From Clostridiales bacterium (GTDB taxonomy: Bacteria > Bacillota > Clostridia > Christensenellales > CAG-138), in the NCBI GenBank assembly GCA_004558825.1, contig SFDB01000005.1, forward strand, positions 2,894 to 66,893: DNA of 64,000 nt. The letters run 5' to 3'. This document shows positions 55,949 through 64,000 of the stretch, piece by piece (the stretch's first letter is position 1; every line of letters begins with the position of its first letter). A program made the position numbers and the translations under genes. Under the pieces are notes generated by a model that was not told the DNA's origin, made no database searches, and saw only the letters and a list, made by a program, of their open reading frames with translations.

Positions 55949-57244
55949 ATGAAGCTCAATTACAGGCGAACGTTTCTTGTGGGCCTCGCGTTTATGGCGA
56001 TAAGCGCGTTTTGGCAGATGTACGACACGGTGATACCGCTAATGCTCAGAAACATATTCGGAATAAAGGACACGGCGTCGGGCGTGATAATGGCGCTCGA
56101 TAACGTGCTTGCGCTTTTCATGCTTCCGATATTCGGTATGCTGAGCGATAAGGCGGGGCGCAGGATACCCTTCATCGTCTGCGGCACGTTTGTCGCCGTC
56201 GCTTCATGTATGCTCATACCCGTCGCCGGCGCATCGAAGAGCTTTGTGCTGTTTTTCGCGGCGCTGGCGGTGCTCCTGCTGTCGATGGGGACGTTTCGTT
56301 CGCCTGCCGTGGCGCTTATGCCCGACGTTACGCCTAAACCGCTCAGGTCGAAGGGCAACGCCGTCATAAACCTGATGGGAACTGTCGGCGGCATATATAC
56401 GCTCATAATGATAAAGCTTCTTATAAAGGAAAACGCGAACGCGGCCGATGTGAACTATCTTCCCATATTCATAGCGGTGGCATCGCTCATGGCGATTTGC
56501 GCGATAGTGCTTTCGGCAGCCGTAAACGAGCGGAAGCTCAAGGCCGAGACAGACGCCGTAAACGATGCGCTCGACGCCGAGAACGATGAGCTTTCGGGCG
56601 GTACGAACGAAAGGAGCGGCGGAAAGCTGCCCGGGCCCATGCTTAGGAGCCTTATGCTTATACTCGTTTCCGTATTTCTATGGTACATGGGCTATAATGC
56701 CGTGACGACCGCATATTCAAAATACGCGACGAGTGTTTGGGGTATGGAGCTTGGAAATGCATCGCTATGCCTTGTCATTGCGCAGGTGGGAGCGTTGGCG
56801 GCGTTCCTGCCGATAGGCATAATATCCTCTAAAATCGGACGAAAGCGCATGATAATTACAGGCGTTGTAACGCTTGCGCTGTGCTTTGGCGTTATGGCGT
56901 TTGCGAAAACCTTTTCGGCATGGATGTTCGTCGTTTTTGTGCTGATAGGTTTTGCGTGGGCGGCAATAAACGTAAACAGCTTCCCCATGGTTGTTGAGAT
57001 AAGCAGGAGCGGCGATATAGGCAAATATACGGGTTATTACTATACCTTTTCCATGGCGGCGCAGATAATTACGCCCGTGCTGTCAGGTGCGCTGCTCGAG
57101 CATGTCGGTTATCATACGCTTTTACCGTACGCATCGCTCATGGCGGGCGCGGCCGTTGTCACAATGGCCTTCGTGCGGCACGGCGACAGCAAACCCGTGC
57201 CGAGCAAGAGCAGGCTTGAGAGCTTTGATGTTGACATGGATTAA
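55949..57244 (+). CDS. MFS transporter, substrate unknown
   Basis: 431 aa, about 12 TM, MLSDKAGRRIPF loop 2-3 motif. GGAGG SD. Confidence 0.75.
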   Translation: MKLNYRRTFLVGLAFMAISAFWQMYDTVIPLMLRNIFGIKDTASGVIMALDNVLALFMLPIFGMLSDKAGRRIPFIVCGTFVAVASCMLIPVAGASKSFVLFFAALAVLLLSMGTFRSPAVALMPDVTPKPLRSKGNAVINLMGTVGGIYTLIMIKLLIKENANAADVNYLPIFIAVASLMAICAIVLSAAVNERKLKAETDAVNDALDAENDELSGGTNERSGGKLPGPMLRSLMLILVSVFLWYMGYNAVTTAYSKYATSVWGMELGNASLCLVIAQVGALAAFLPIGIISSKIGRKRMIITGVVTLALCFGVMAFAKTFSAWMFVVFVLIGFAWAAINVNSFPMVVEISRSGDIGKYTGYYYTFSMAAQIITPVLSGALLEHVGYHTLLPYASLMAGAAVVTMAFVRHGDSKPVPSKSRLESFDVDMD

Positions 57245-57260
57245 CGAACGGAGGAAGCAT

Positions 57261-58103
57261 ATGAAAAACCCATACGGAGACGTTGTGCTTATAACAGGCG
57301 CGTCGTCGGGAATCGGCAAATGCACGGCAGAGCGCCTTGCAGGGAGCGGAATGCGCGTATACGGCGGCTCGCGTCGCGGCGGCGAGCGCAGGGACTTTGA
57401 CGGCGGCGGATTCATAGAACCGGTCGTGATCGATGTGTGCGACGATGCGTCGGTAGACAGGGCCGTCGCGAGAGTGATTGAAAGAGAGGGCCGCATAGAT
57501 ATACTCATCAACTGTGCGGGCATGGGCATATGCGGCGCGGTTGAGGAGTGCTCGTCGCATGAGGCTATGAGGCAGATGGATACGAACTATATAGGCGTGC
57601 TCAGGATGCTTACGGCCGTGCTGCCGCATATGAGAAAGAGGCGCAGCGGACTTGTGATAAACATAGGCTCGGTAGGCGGAATATTTTCAATACCGTTCCA
57701 GACGCACTACAGCTCGTCGAAGTATGCCGTCGAAGCGCTCACGGAGGGATTGCGCATAGAGATGAAGCCATGGAACGTGCGCGCGGCGCTCGTTGAACCG
57801 GGCGACACCAAAACGAGCTTTACATCATCGCGCATATATGCAGAAAAAGCTAAAAACAGCGCTTACGGCGAAGAATTTCTGCGCTCCGTCAGGCAGATGG
57901 AGCGCGACGAGCAAAACGGCATGAGTCCCGAGCGGGTGGTCGACGTGATAGTCTCAGTTATGCGCAGTAAGAATCCGCCCGTGCGCAGGACGGTAGGCGC
58001 GCAGTATAAGATACTCGTCTGGCTCAAGCGCATATTCCCGTCGCGCGCGCTTGAGGCGGTGCTGACGATGATGTACCCCAAGTCGAATATAGACGCAAAA
58101 TAG
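57261..58103 (+). CDS. Short-chain dehydrogenase/reductase (SDR) family oxidoreductase
   Basis: ITGASSGIG cofactor motif, catalytic YSSSKYA. Start set to ATG 57261 after GGAGGAAG. Confidence 0.85.
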   Translation: MKNPYGDVVLITGASSGIGKCTAERLAGSGMRVYGGSRRGGERRDFDGGGFIEPVVIDVCDDASVDRAVARVIEREGRIDILINCAGMGICGAVEECSSHEAMRQMDTNYIGVLRMLTAVLPHMRKRRSGLVINIGSVGGIFSIPFQTHYSSSKYAVEALTEGLRIEMKPWNVRAALVEPGDTKTSFTSSRIYAEKAKNSAYGEEFLRSVRQMERDEQNGMSPERVVDVIVSVMRSKNPPVRRTVGAQYKILVWLKRIFPSRALEAVLTMMYPKSNIDAK

Positions 58104-58393
58104 CACGGCGCCGCATTTAATCGCTGTCACAAATTTGATGCGGGGTATGTAAAATATCTGCGGATGAGGCGATTGTGATAAGCTTACGGGGCGATGATTC
58201 TGATTTTCCACTGAAAACGGCTGTGTCAATGATGTCGGCGCAGCTTTTTTGATGTTGAAATATCGGGCGCAACATCGAATGAATGTCGGAACGGAGCGGT
58301 AAAATGTTAAAAAACGCTAAACTTTTGGCAATGCACGGGCAAGCGCGGCTTAAATGGATTATAATCGATAAAAAGTGAAGGGAAACCGAAAAG

Positions 58394-59173
58394 ATGGAAC
58401 GCACAACACCGAAAAAGCTGTTCAGAGCGGCGCTTACCATATTCGGCGCTGCGCTTATGCTCGACACGCTGCTCGTTCAGACGCTCTGCAATCTTAACTT
58501 CGGAGTTATAATGCCCGCGATAATAGGAGCGCCGCTGTTCATACTCGGCGTATTTTTTTGGCCGCTGACGAGATTTATGCGGGAAAACATCTTCGGGCGC
58601 ATTATAAAATGGCTTATGATTGCGGCGTACGGCGCGTTTGCGTCATTGTTCACGCTGACTACAGGATTGTGCATTGGCGCTGCGAGCGACGAACCCGAAC
58701 CAGGAGCAGACGTGCTTATTGTTTTAGGGGCCGGCATACGCGACGAGCGCGTTTCGCTGACGCTTGCAAGGCGGCTTGACAAGACGATCGAATACATTAG
58801 AGAGAGTCCCGAAACGCTCGTAATAGTGTCGGGCGGAAAGGGGCTCGACGAGCCCATATCGGAGGCGCTGGCGATGAAACAATATCTCGTTGCGCACGGC
58901 ATAGACGAGCAGCGCATTATAATGGAGGATAAATCCGAGAGCACGCAGGAGAACTTTGCGTTTTCAAAAAGAATAATCGATGAGATGGGCGGCGAAAAGC
59001 GCATATGCTTTGTTACGACGTCATCCCATATATACAGGGCGAGGCGAGTGGCGGCAACGCAGGGCATAGACGCGAAGGGGCTCGGCGCGCCGAGCATCTG
59101 GTACATTGCGCTGAACGAATATATGCGCGAATGCGCTGCGATAACCTACTATCTGCTGTCGGGGCAGCTGTAG
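58394..59173 (+). CDS. YdcF/SanA (DUF218) family protein
   Basis: N-terminal TM helices, then ADVLIVLGAGI...VSGGKG...EALAMKQYL, typical of DUF218. Confidence 0.75.
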   Translation: MERTTPKKLFRAALTIFGAALMLDTLLVQTLCNLNFGVIMPAIIGAPLFILGVFFWPLTRFMRENIFGRIIKWLMIAAYGAFASLFTLTTGLCIGAASDEPEPGADVLIVLGAGIRDERVSLTLARRLDKTIEYIRESPETLVIVSGGKGLDEPISEALAMKQYLVAHGIDEQRIIMEDKSESTQENFAFSKRIIDEMGGEKRICFVTTSSHIYRARRVAATQGIDAKGLGAPSIWYIALNEYMRECAAITYYLLSGQL

Positions 59174-59200
59174 CTTCGGCAAATTGCAATAATTGCGGGC

Positions 59201-59944
59201 ATGTTGTACAATGCGTTTATGAACAGAGGATATGCGCGCATAGCGCCGGGGGCGCGTCTTAACGCAATAATAGAATTGACAGGCCGTTCGGACACCGTTG
59301 CGGACATAGGCTGCGATCACGGGCGTCTGGGGGCGGCGCTGCTTCAGTGCGAAAAGGTGCGGCATGTGATAGCCACGGACATAAGCGCAATGTCGCTTGA
59401 AAAGGGAAAACGGCTTGCGCAAAAATGCGGCCTTGGAGAAAAAATGAGCTTTTTCGAGGGCAGCGGACTTGAACCGCTTGCAAGAGAGCGCATAAAAGCC
59501 GATACCGCAGTCATTGCAGGCATGGGAGGGGAGCTGATTGCCGAAATAATGGCGGCGGAACCCGAAATCGCTAAAAGCATAGGCGCATTTATATTGCAGC
59601 CTATGCGCGGCATTGAAAAGCTGCGCCTTTTCCTGCGCGAAAACGGCTATGCGGTAACAAACGAGAGGATAGTTTTTGAGGGCGGACGCTACTATCAGGT
59701 GATAAAGTGCTGTTTCGGCGGCGAAACGCCGAAGCTCGAGGGATTCCCCGAAGGTATGCAGTACATAGGGGAGATGAGCGTCATAAACGATGATCCGCTT
59801 TTGCGGCCGATGCTTGAGAAGAGGCGCGGCGGCCATATCAAGCGCATAGAAAAGGCGCGCGCAAACGGCGCGGAGCTTTCTGGACTTGAAAAAGAGGTGC
59901 GGCTGATAGACGCGGTGTTGAAGATTGCGGAGGACAAGAAATGA
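59201..59944 (+). CDS. trmK: tRNA (adenine22-N1)-methyltransferase TrmK
   Basis: VADIGCDHGRLGAALL SAM motif. Canonical trmK-nif3 pairing with an ATGA overlap. The exact start (59201 vs 59219) is uncertain. Confidence 0.8.
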   Translation: MLYNAFMNRGYARIAPGARLNAIIELTGRSDTVADIGCDHGRLGAALLQCEKVRHVIATDISAMSLEKGKRLAQKCGLGEKMSFFEGSGLEPLARERIKADTAVIAGMGGELIAEIMAAEPEIAKSIGAFILQPMRGIEKLRLFLRENGYAVTNERIVFEGGRYYQVIKCCFGGETPKLEGFPEGMQYIGEMSVINDDPLLRPMLEKRRGGHIKRIEKARANGAELSGLEKEVRLIDAVLKIAEDKK

Positions 59945-60705
59945 GAAAAGAAGACTTTTTAACAGAGCTTGAAGCGATAGCGCCAAAGGAGCTAGCGCTG
60001 CCGTTTGACAACGTAGGGCTTCTTGTGGGCACAACACGCGGCGAGATAAATCGGGTGCTCGTGGCGCTCGACTGTACGGACGCCGTGGCGCGTGAGGCGG
60101 TCGAGTTCGGCGCCGACATGGTTTTAACGCACCATCCGCTTTTCTTTACGCCGATAAAGCGCATACTTCCCGACGACCCGTCGACAAAGGCGGCATTTAC
60201 GCTGATACGGAACGACATAGGCCTTTATGCCATGCATACAAATCTTGACGCGGCGGACGGCGGAGTGAACGATGTGCTCTGCGAGAGGCTCGGCATAGTT
60301 GACCAAAAAGCGATAGGCGACGAACGCATTGCGAGGCTTGGAAGGCTTTCGCGTCCGCAAAGCTTTGGCGAGTTTGCGTGCGGCGTAGAGGAGAAACTCG
60401 ATACGCGCGTCAAGGTGTGCGGAGACACGAATCGTGAAATAGTCCGCGTTGCCGTGCTCGGCGGCTCGGGCGGCGGCGACGTGCGTCTCGTGAGCGATTG
60501 CGGCGCCGATGCGTTTGTGACAGGCGAAATCAAACATTCTCAGGCTATCGAGGCGGCGGAGCTTGGGCTTTGCGTCGTTTCGGCGGGCCATTACGAGACC
60601 GAAAAAGTCGTTATGTCGACAATTATTCCCCGTTTACAGAAAAAAGATAATAATGTAAAATATAAATTAGCCCAATATGACAAAACGTCGCTTGCGTCGC
60701 TTTGA
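59941..60705 (+). CDS. Nif3-like dinuclear metal centre protein (YqfO family)
   Basis: DNVGLLVG, VLTHHPLFF, AGHYETE motifs. Confidence 0.85.
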   Translation: MRKEDFLTELEAIAPKELALPFDNVGLLVGTTRGEINRVLVALDCTDAVAREAVEFGADMVLTHHPLFFTPIKRILPDDPSTKAAFTLIRNDIGLYAMHTNLDAADGGVNDVLCERLGIVDQKAIGDERIARLGRLSRPQSFGEFACGVEEKLDTRVKVCGDTNREIVRVAVLGGSGGGDVRLVSDCGADAFVTGEIKHSQAIEAAELGLCVVSAGHYETEKVVMSTIIPRLQKKDNNVKYKLAQYDKTSLASL

Positions 60706-60738
60706 TACGGGGCAGACTCCATAAGGAGGTATAAAACA

Positions 60739-61467
60739 ATGACTGATTTGGATAGGCTGTGGGAGTACCAGCAGGCGCGGCAAAGGCTTGTGACGTTCGA
60801 GAGGCAGATATTGTCTGCGCCCGATCACCAGAGGCTCGGCAAACTGCACCGCTTCCTTTCGCAGCAGCAGGCGACCATTTCGGAGCTTCAGGAGCAGATT
60901 GAGGCAAAGGTTGCCGAGTTTGATAAGTTCCGCGTGATGGCGGCCGGATTCGAGCATGATCTTACACAGGAGACGTCCGAATTTCAATCGCTCAAAGACG
61001 ACGAGCAGTGTACCGCGGCAGAAATGGCGGAATTTCGCCATAGAATCGATAGGCTTAACGAATCGGTGGAAAGCTGCAGACGCAGTCTTTACGACACCAT
61101 AGCGTGGATCGAAAAAGCATCGACGACGCTCGAAGAGACTTACCTTAAAGCAAAAAAGGCGAATAAGGAATATAAGACGCTCCATCAAAAATGCGAGGAG
61201 GACATAAAGTCGCATCAATCGGAGCTCGATGCGCTCAAGGCTGAGGCCGCTGAGAAGGAAAAGCCGATTCCCGCAGATGTGCTCGAGAAATATAAGGCCA
61301 TATGCAAACGCTATCAGATGCCAATGGCAAAGCTTGAAAACGACCGCTGCGGCGAATGCAGCATGTCGCTGCCTGCGTCTGTAGCGCACAGCGTTGCGAT
61401 GGGCAACAGGATTATTGAGTGTGAGAACTGCGGCAGGATACTTTACGCTCCCGAAAACGCGGATTAG
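60739..61467 (+). CDS. DUF164-type coiled-coil protein with C-terminal C4 zinc ribbon
   Basis: Long coiled coil plus CGECSMSL...CENCGRILY. AAGGAGG SD. Placement after nif3 and before rnpB is the common arrangement. Confidence 0.8.
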   Translation: MTDLDRLWEYQQARQRLVTFERQILSAPDHQRLGKLHRFLSQQQATISELQEQIEAKVAEFDKFRVMAAGFEHDLTQETSEFQSLKDDEQCTAAEMAEFRHRIDRLNESVESCRRSLYDTIAWIEKASTTLEETYLKAKKANKEYKTLHQKCEEDIKSHQSELDALKAEAAEKEKPIPADVLEKYKAICKRYQMPMAKLENDRCGECSMSLPASVAHSVAMGNRIIECENCGRILYAPENAD

Positions 61468-61487
61468 GAGATTGACAATCGATTAAA

Positions 61488-61827
61488 GAGCGAGTAAGCT
61501 ATGTGACCGCATGCGGCTTTGACCGTATGAGGAAAGTCCGAGCTCCGCAGGGCAGAGTGCCGGGTAACACCCGGTGGAGGCGACTCCAAGGAAAGTGCAA
61601 CAGAAATAGACCGCCGCTTTTAGCGGTAAGGATGGAAAGGCGAGGTAAGAGCTCACCGGCGACATGGCGACTTGTCGGCCCTGTAAACCCCACTCGGAGC
61701 AAGATTGGAATGAGAGCATTTAATGGCGGCCCGTCACGCTCTCGGGAATCGCTTGAGCGTATCGGCAACGATGCGCCTAGATAGATGGTCACACTTAGAC
61801 AGAACTCGGCTTACGGCTTGCTCGCCG
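61488..61827 (+). ncRNA. rnpB: RNase P RNA, bacterial type A
   Basis: Conserved blocks GAGGAAAGTCCGAGCTCCGCAGGGCAGAGTGCCGGGTAACACCCGG, AGTGCAACAGAAA, GGTAAGAGCTCACCG, GTAAACCCCACTCGGAGCAAG and GCCTAGAT...ACAGAACTCGGCTTA. P1 pairs GCGAGTAAGCT (61490-61500) with GGCTTGCTCGC (61815-61825). Ends are +/-5 nt. Confidence 0.9.
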
Positions 61828-61867
61828 AGATACAGAATTGATTTGCGGCAGACGCTGACGCCGCGCG

Positions 61868-61899
61868 GATCGCTGACAGAATATGTCGGCGATCTTTTT
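61868..61899 (+). terminator. Intrinsic terminator downstream of rnpB
   Basis: GATCGCTGAC-AGAATAT-GTCGGCGATC followed by TTTTT. Confidence 0.65.
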
Positions 61900-61993
61900 A
61901 TGACGGCTCGTGCCTATCCCGAAAACCGGCTTTCATAGATGCAATCTGTCGATAAACCCGGATGTGATAAGAGGCGCAGCATCTTATGTTAAA

Positions 61994-62111
61994 TCCGGCT
62001 CTGACGACATGTGCGTCAGAGCCGGATGGAAACCCGTAAAAACTCGAAAAAGTGGCGTTTAGCCACTTTTTTCAAAAGTCGCAAAACCCGCCGCAGGCCT
62101 GCGGCGGGTTT
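61994..62111 (-). terminator. Three tandem hairpins downstream of rplL (proximal 10-bp GC hairpin with U tract, then modules A and B)
   Basis: Palindrome CCCGCCGCAGGCCTGCGGCGGG (62087-62108) with TTTT on the minus strand. GAAAAAGTGGC-GTTTA-GCCACTTTTT(T)C (62046-62073). TCCGGCTCTGACG-ACATGTG-CGTCAGAGCCGGA (61994-62026). Confidence 0.65.
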
Positions 62112-62144
62112 GTTGTGCTTTGACAGCGCGCAAAGGCGCGGTGA

Positions 62145-62510
62145 TTATTTGATTTCGCAGGTTGCGCCGACGGCCTTGAAGGCTTCGACCATCTTTTCGG
62201 CTTCTTCCTTGGAGATGCCCTCTTTGAGGGTGCTGGGAGCGCCGTCTACGAGATCCTTTGCTTCCTTGAGGCCGAGGCCGAGAAGACCGCGGACTTCCTT
62301 GATAACGTTGATCTTCTTGTCGCCGACTTCCTTGAGGATTACGTCGAATTCCGTCTTTTCTTCTACTTCCTCGGCAGCGGCGGCGGGGCCGGCAACAACG
62401 GTGGGAGCGGCAGCGGATACGCCGAACTCCTCTTCGAGAGCCTTAACGAGCTCAGCGAGCTCAAGAACGGTCATGGCCTTGATATCGGCAATAAGTTGTT
62501 CCTTATTCAT
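62145..62510 (-). CDS. rplL: 50S ribosomal protein L7/L12
   Basis: [35 protein letters not shown]...[18 protein letters not shown]. Confidence 0.97.
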   Translation of the reverse strand: MNKEQLIADIKAMTVLELAELVKALEEEFGVSAAAPTVVAGPAAAAEEVEEKTEFDVILKEVGDKKINVIKEVRGLLGLGLKEAKDLVDGAPSTLKEGISKEEAEKMVEAFKAVGATCEIK

Positions 62511-62543
62511 TATTGATTCCTCCTGTAAAATATCCTTTTTTAA

Positions 62544-63086
62544 TTACTCAGCGGCGGCCTCAGAGGCTGCATCTTCTGTTTTGGGAGCACCGCCCATATT
62601 CTCGGCTATAGCGTTGAGAACTCTTGCGAAGCCGGAGATCGGGGACATCATGCTGCCAAGCATTCTTGCAATAAGAACTTCGCGCGACGGAAGGTCTGCA
62701 AGCGCGTCCATGTCTGCGGGAGACGATACGACGCCGTTGATCAGGCCGCCCTTGACGGCGCACTTCTTATACTTTTTGATGGCGTCCTTGATGATCTTAG
62801 CGGGTGCGACGGCATCGTTATAACCAAAAGCGAATGCGGACGGCCCTTTAAGCATCTCGTTAACGGACTCGTCTGTACCGTTTTCTCTTGCTGCACGCTC
62901 GACTATCGTGTTCTTGAGAACAACGTATTCGACGCCCGCTTTACGCATCTCGCTGCGAAGATTTGTAACCTCTTCGACCGTGAGACCGCGATAATCAAAG
63001 AAAACTACGGACTGAGCCTTTTTGAGCTTTTCAGCTACTTCGGCAACCTGTGTGGCTTTCATCTCGATGATCTTGATGTTTGCCAT
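62544..63086 (-). CDS. rplJ: 50S ribosomal protein L10
   Basis: FFDYRGLTVEEVTNLRSEMRKAGVEYVVLKNT; immediately upstream of rplL. Confidence 0.95.
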   Translation of the reverse strand: MANIKIIEMKATQVAEVAEKLKKAQSVVFFDYRGLTVEEVTNLRSEMRKAGVEYVVLKNTIVERAARENGTDESVNEMLKGPSAFAFGYNDAVAPAKIIKDAIKKYKKCAVKGGLINGVVSSPADMDALADLPSREVLIARMLGSMMSPISGFARVLNAIAENMGGAPKTEDAASEAAAE

Positions 63087-63229
63087 GGTTTCACCTCCTC
63101 AAGAAATAATAAAACCAAAATCCCCTGCCTACGACAGGGGATTGCTGCATAACTGAAGATAAAGCCTGCATCAACCTCGGCAAGAAATTAAGCTTACGCA
63201 CTTGCTGTCTTTGGCAGATGTCTTTCGAC
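63087..63229 (-). promoter_or_regulatory. rplJ 5' leader with attenuator-type terminator hairpin (L10-leader-like autoregulatory element)
   Basis: ~140-nt leader. Minus-strand hairpin AATCCCCTG-TCGTAGG-CAGGGGATT followed by TTGGTTTT (63143-63111), just before the GAGGAGG SD. The class is inferred from position and the known L10(L12)4 leader in Firmicutes. Confidence 0.5.
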
Positions 63230-63235
63230 CCAAAA

Positions 63236-63264
63236 ACTTTATCACATATCCGACAAGCTGTCAA
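63236..63264 (-). promoter_or_regulatory. Putative sigmaA promoter of rplJ-rplL (TTGACA-17-TAAAGT)
   Basis: Minus strand: TTGACA (63264-63259), 17-nt spacer, TAAAGT (63241-63236). Confidence 0.5.
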
Positions 63265-63302
63265 TGCGCCGGACAAATATATTTCGCTGAAATCATAGGA
63301 TA

Positions 63303-63734
63303 TCAGCCCCAGTCGCTCCAGTCGCCGCCGTCATCTCCGCCGTCTGTCGGATTGGGGGTCTCGACGGGCGATGATGGCGCTGTTGTCGAAACAGGGGTGG
63401 ATGATACATTCCCGCTCGGGGTTGCGGTCGGTGCGATTGTTGAAGCGGGCGTGGGAGTCGATTGAGAGCCGCTGTCGGTCGGGTTGAGCCATTCATCGCC
63501 CCAGTCTGCGGGAGGCGTGACTTCGTTTTCCCCCGTGGGCAGCGCATCAAGATCAAGAGCGGTTGGGAGCGGCGAATTGCCTATATCAACCTTATTCTTC
63601 TCGCTGCCTTGGTTGCTCTTGTCTATATCAACGACGTCGCCGCCGTTGCCGTGGGAGCATGAAACGGCCGCAAGCATGGGCGCCGTGATGAACGCCGCAC
63701 ACAAAAGTATCATAAGTATTTTATTTATTTTCAC
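63303..63734 (-). CDS. Low-complexity Thr/Pro/Ser-rich lipoprotein, function unknown
   Basis: GTG 63734 lies 7 nt after GGAGG. Signal peptide with lipobox LAAVSC|SH. Acidic DWGDEW / GDWSDWG motifs. The track start at 63791 has no SD. Confidence 0.6.
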   Translation of the reverse strand: MKINKILMILLCAAFITAPMLAAVSCSHGNGGDVVDIDKSNQGSEKNKVDIGNSPLPTALDLDALPTGENEVTPPADWGDEWLNPTDSGSQSTPTPASTIAPTATPSGNVSSTPVSTTAPSSPVETPNPTDGGDDGGDWSDWG

Positions 63735-64000
63735 TTGTACGCCTCCTTTTGCGCTTTTATGCGCAAAACATTCATATATATAACGAGCCATGCGGACACA
63801 TGGTTCTTCGGTTAGTTCAATATTTTATGCGGCATCACAGGGACAGAGCATTTGGCCCTGTCCCAATATAGACGCCGCCTGACCGCATCAGAAATAATGA
63901 ATGTTTGATTTTCTCAAAAAGGTCCCCACATCGACGGCCACGGTACTTCTATGTCCATAACGGCATTCTGTACTTCAAAACGTACAACTTCCATTGTCGG

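Noticed and set aside
58104-58393. 290-nt spacer before the YdcF-family gene as a possible riboswitch or sRNA
   Set aside because: It contains only a weak terminator-like hairpin with a T tract (~58222-58253) and small stems. I recognise no known riboswitch consensus.
61472-61500. TTGACA hexamer just upstream of rnpB as its promoter
   Set aside because: With 17-nt spacing the -10 would fall inside the P1 stem of the mature RNA. rnpB is more likely processed from a read-through or otherwise initiated transcript.
63914-64000. Open minus-strand frame at the window end (...EVVRFEVQNAVMDIEVPWPSMWGPF-stop)
   Set aside because: Only 29 codons are visible with no recognisable signature, so it is too short to call.

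Overview
64-kb chromosomal segment from a high-GC (by eye roughly 55-60%) spore-forming Clostridia genome; synteny and protein signatures look Oscillospiraceae/Ruminococcaceae-like, but that is only an impression. I can support about 60 protein genes, 2 tRNAs and RNase P RNA. Content is almost all housekeeping. It includes a large FtsX permease (partial), a phosphohexomutase, ecfA1-ecfA2-ecfT, an ABC-2 exporter pair, rmuC, spmAB, adenine deaminase and gdpP-rplI-dnaB. It also includes a complete 9-gene V-type ATPase operon, groES-groEL with a perfect CIRCE operator, lplA, a flavodiiron fusion protein and an XRE regulator with potABCD. Further on come a CsoR-type repressor with a DMT transporter, pepV, uppP, dnaA, prs, trmK-nif3-DUF164-rnpB, and rplJ-rplL with an L10-type leader. 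I found no CRISPR array, transposase, integrase, phage genes or recognisable defence system, and no convincing novel multi-gene system. The most unusual locus is 18.8-20.0 kb: an AT-rich aac(6')-I aminoglycoside acetyltransferase gene sits between tRNA-Arg and tRNA-Ala. It is bracketed by ~123-bp direct repeats that begin right after the tRNA CCA. Each repeat holds a 20-bp-stem hairpin whose loop is flipped between the two copies, followed by GTGAAAT-punctuated mini-hairpins. Other points worth a second look are REP/BIME-like hairpin clusters shared by two distant intergenic regions, a CsoR-type sensor translationally coupled to a DMT transporter, and an FprA-Hrb fusion. There is also an orphan dnaA (no dnaN, no visible DnaA boxes), an isolated rplJL unit, and an uncharacterised nucleotidyltransferase translationally coupled to dnaB. 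Many long antisense ORFs in the track are shadow ORFs typical of GC-rich DNA. All calls rest on reading the sequence and recalled family signatures; no searches were run.
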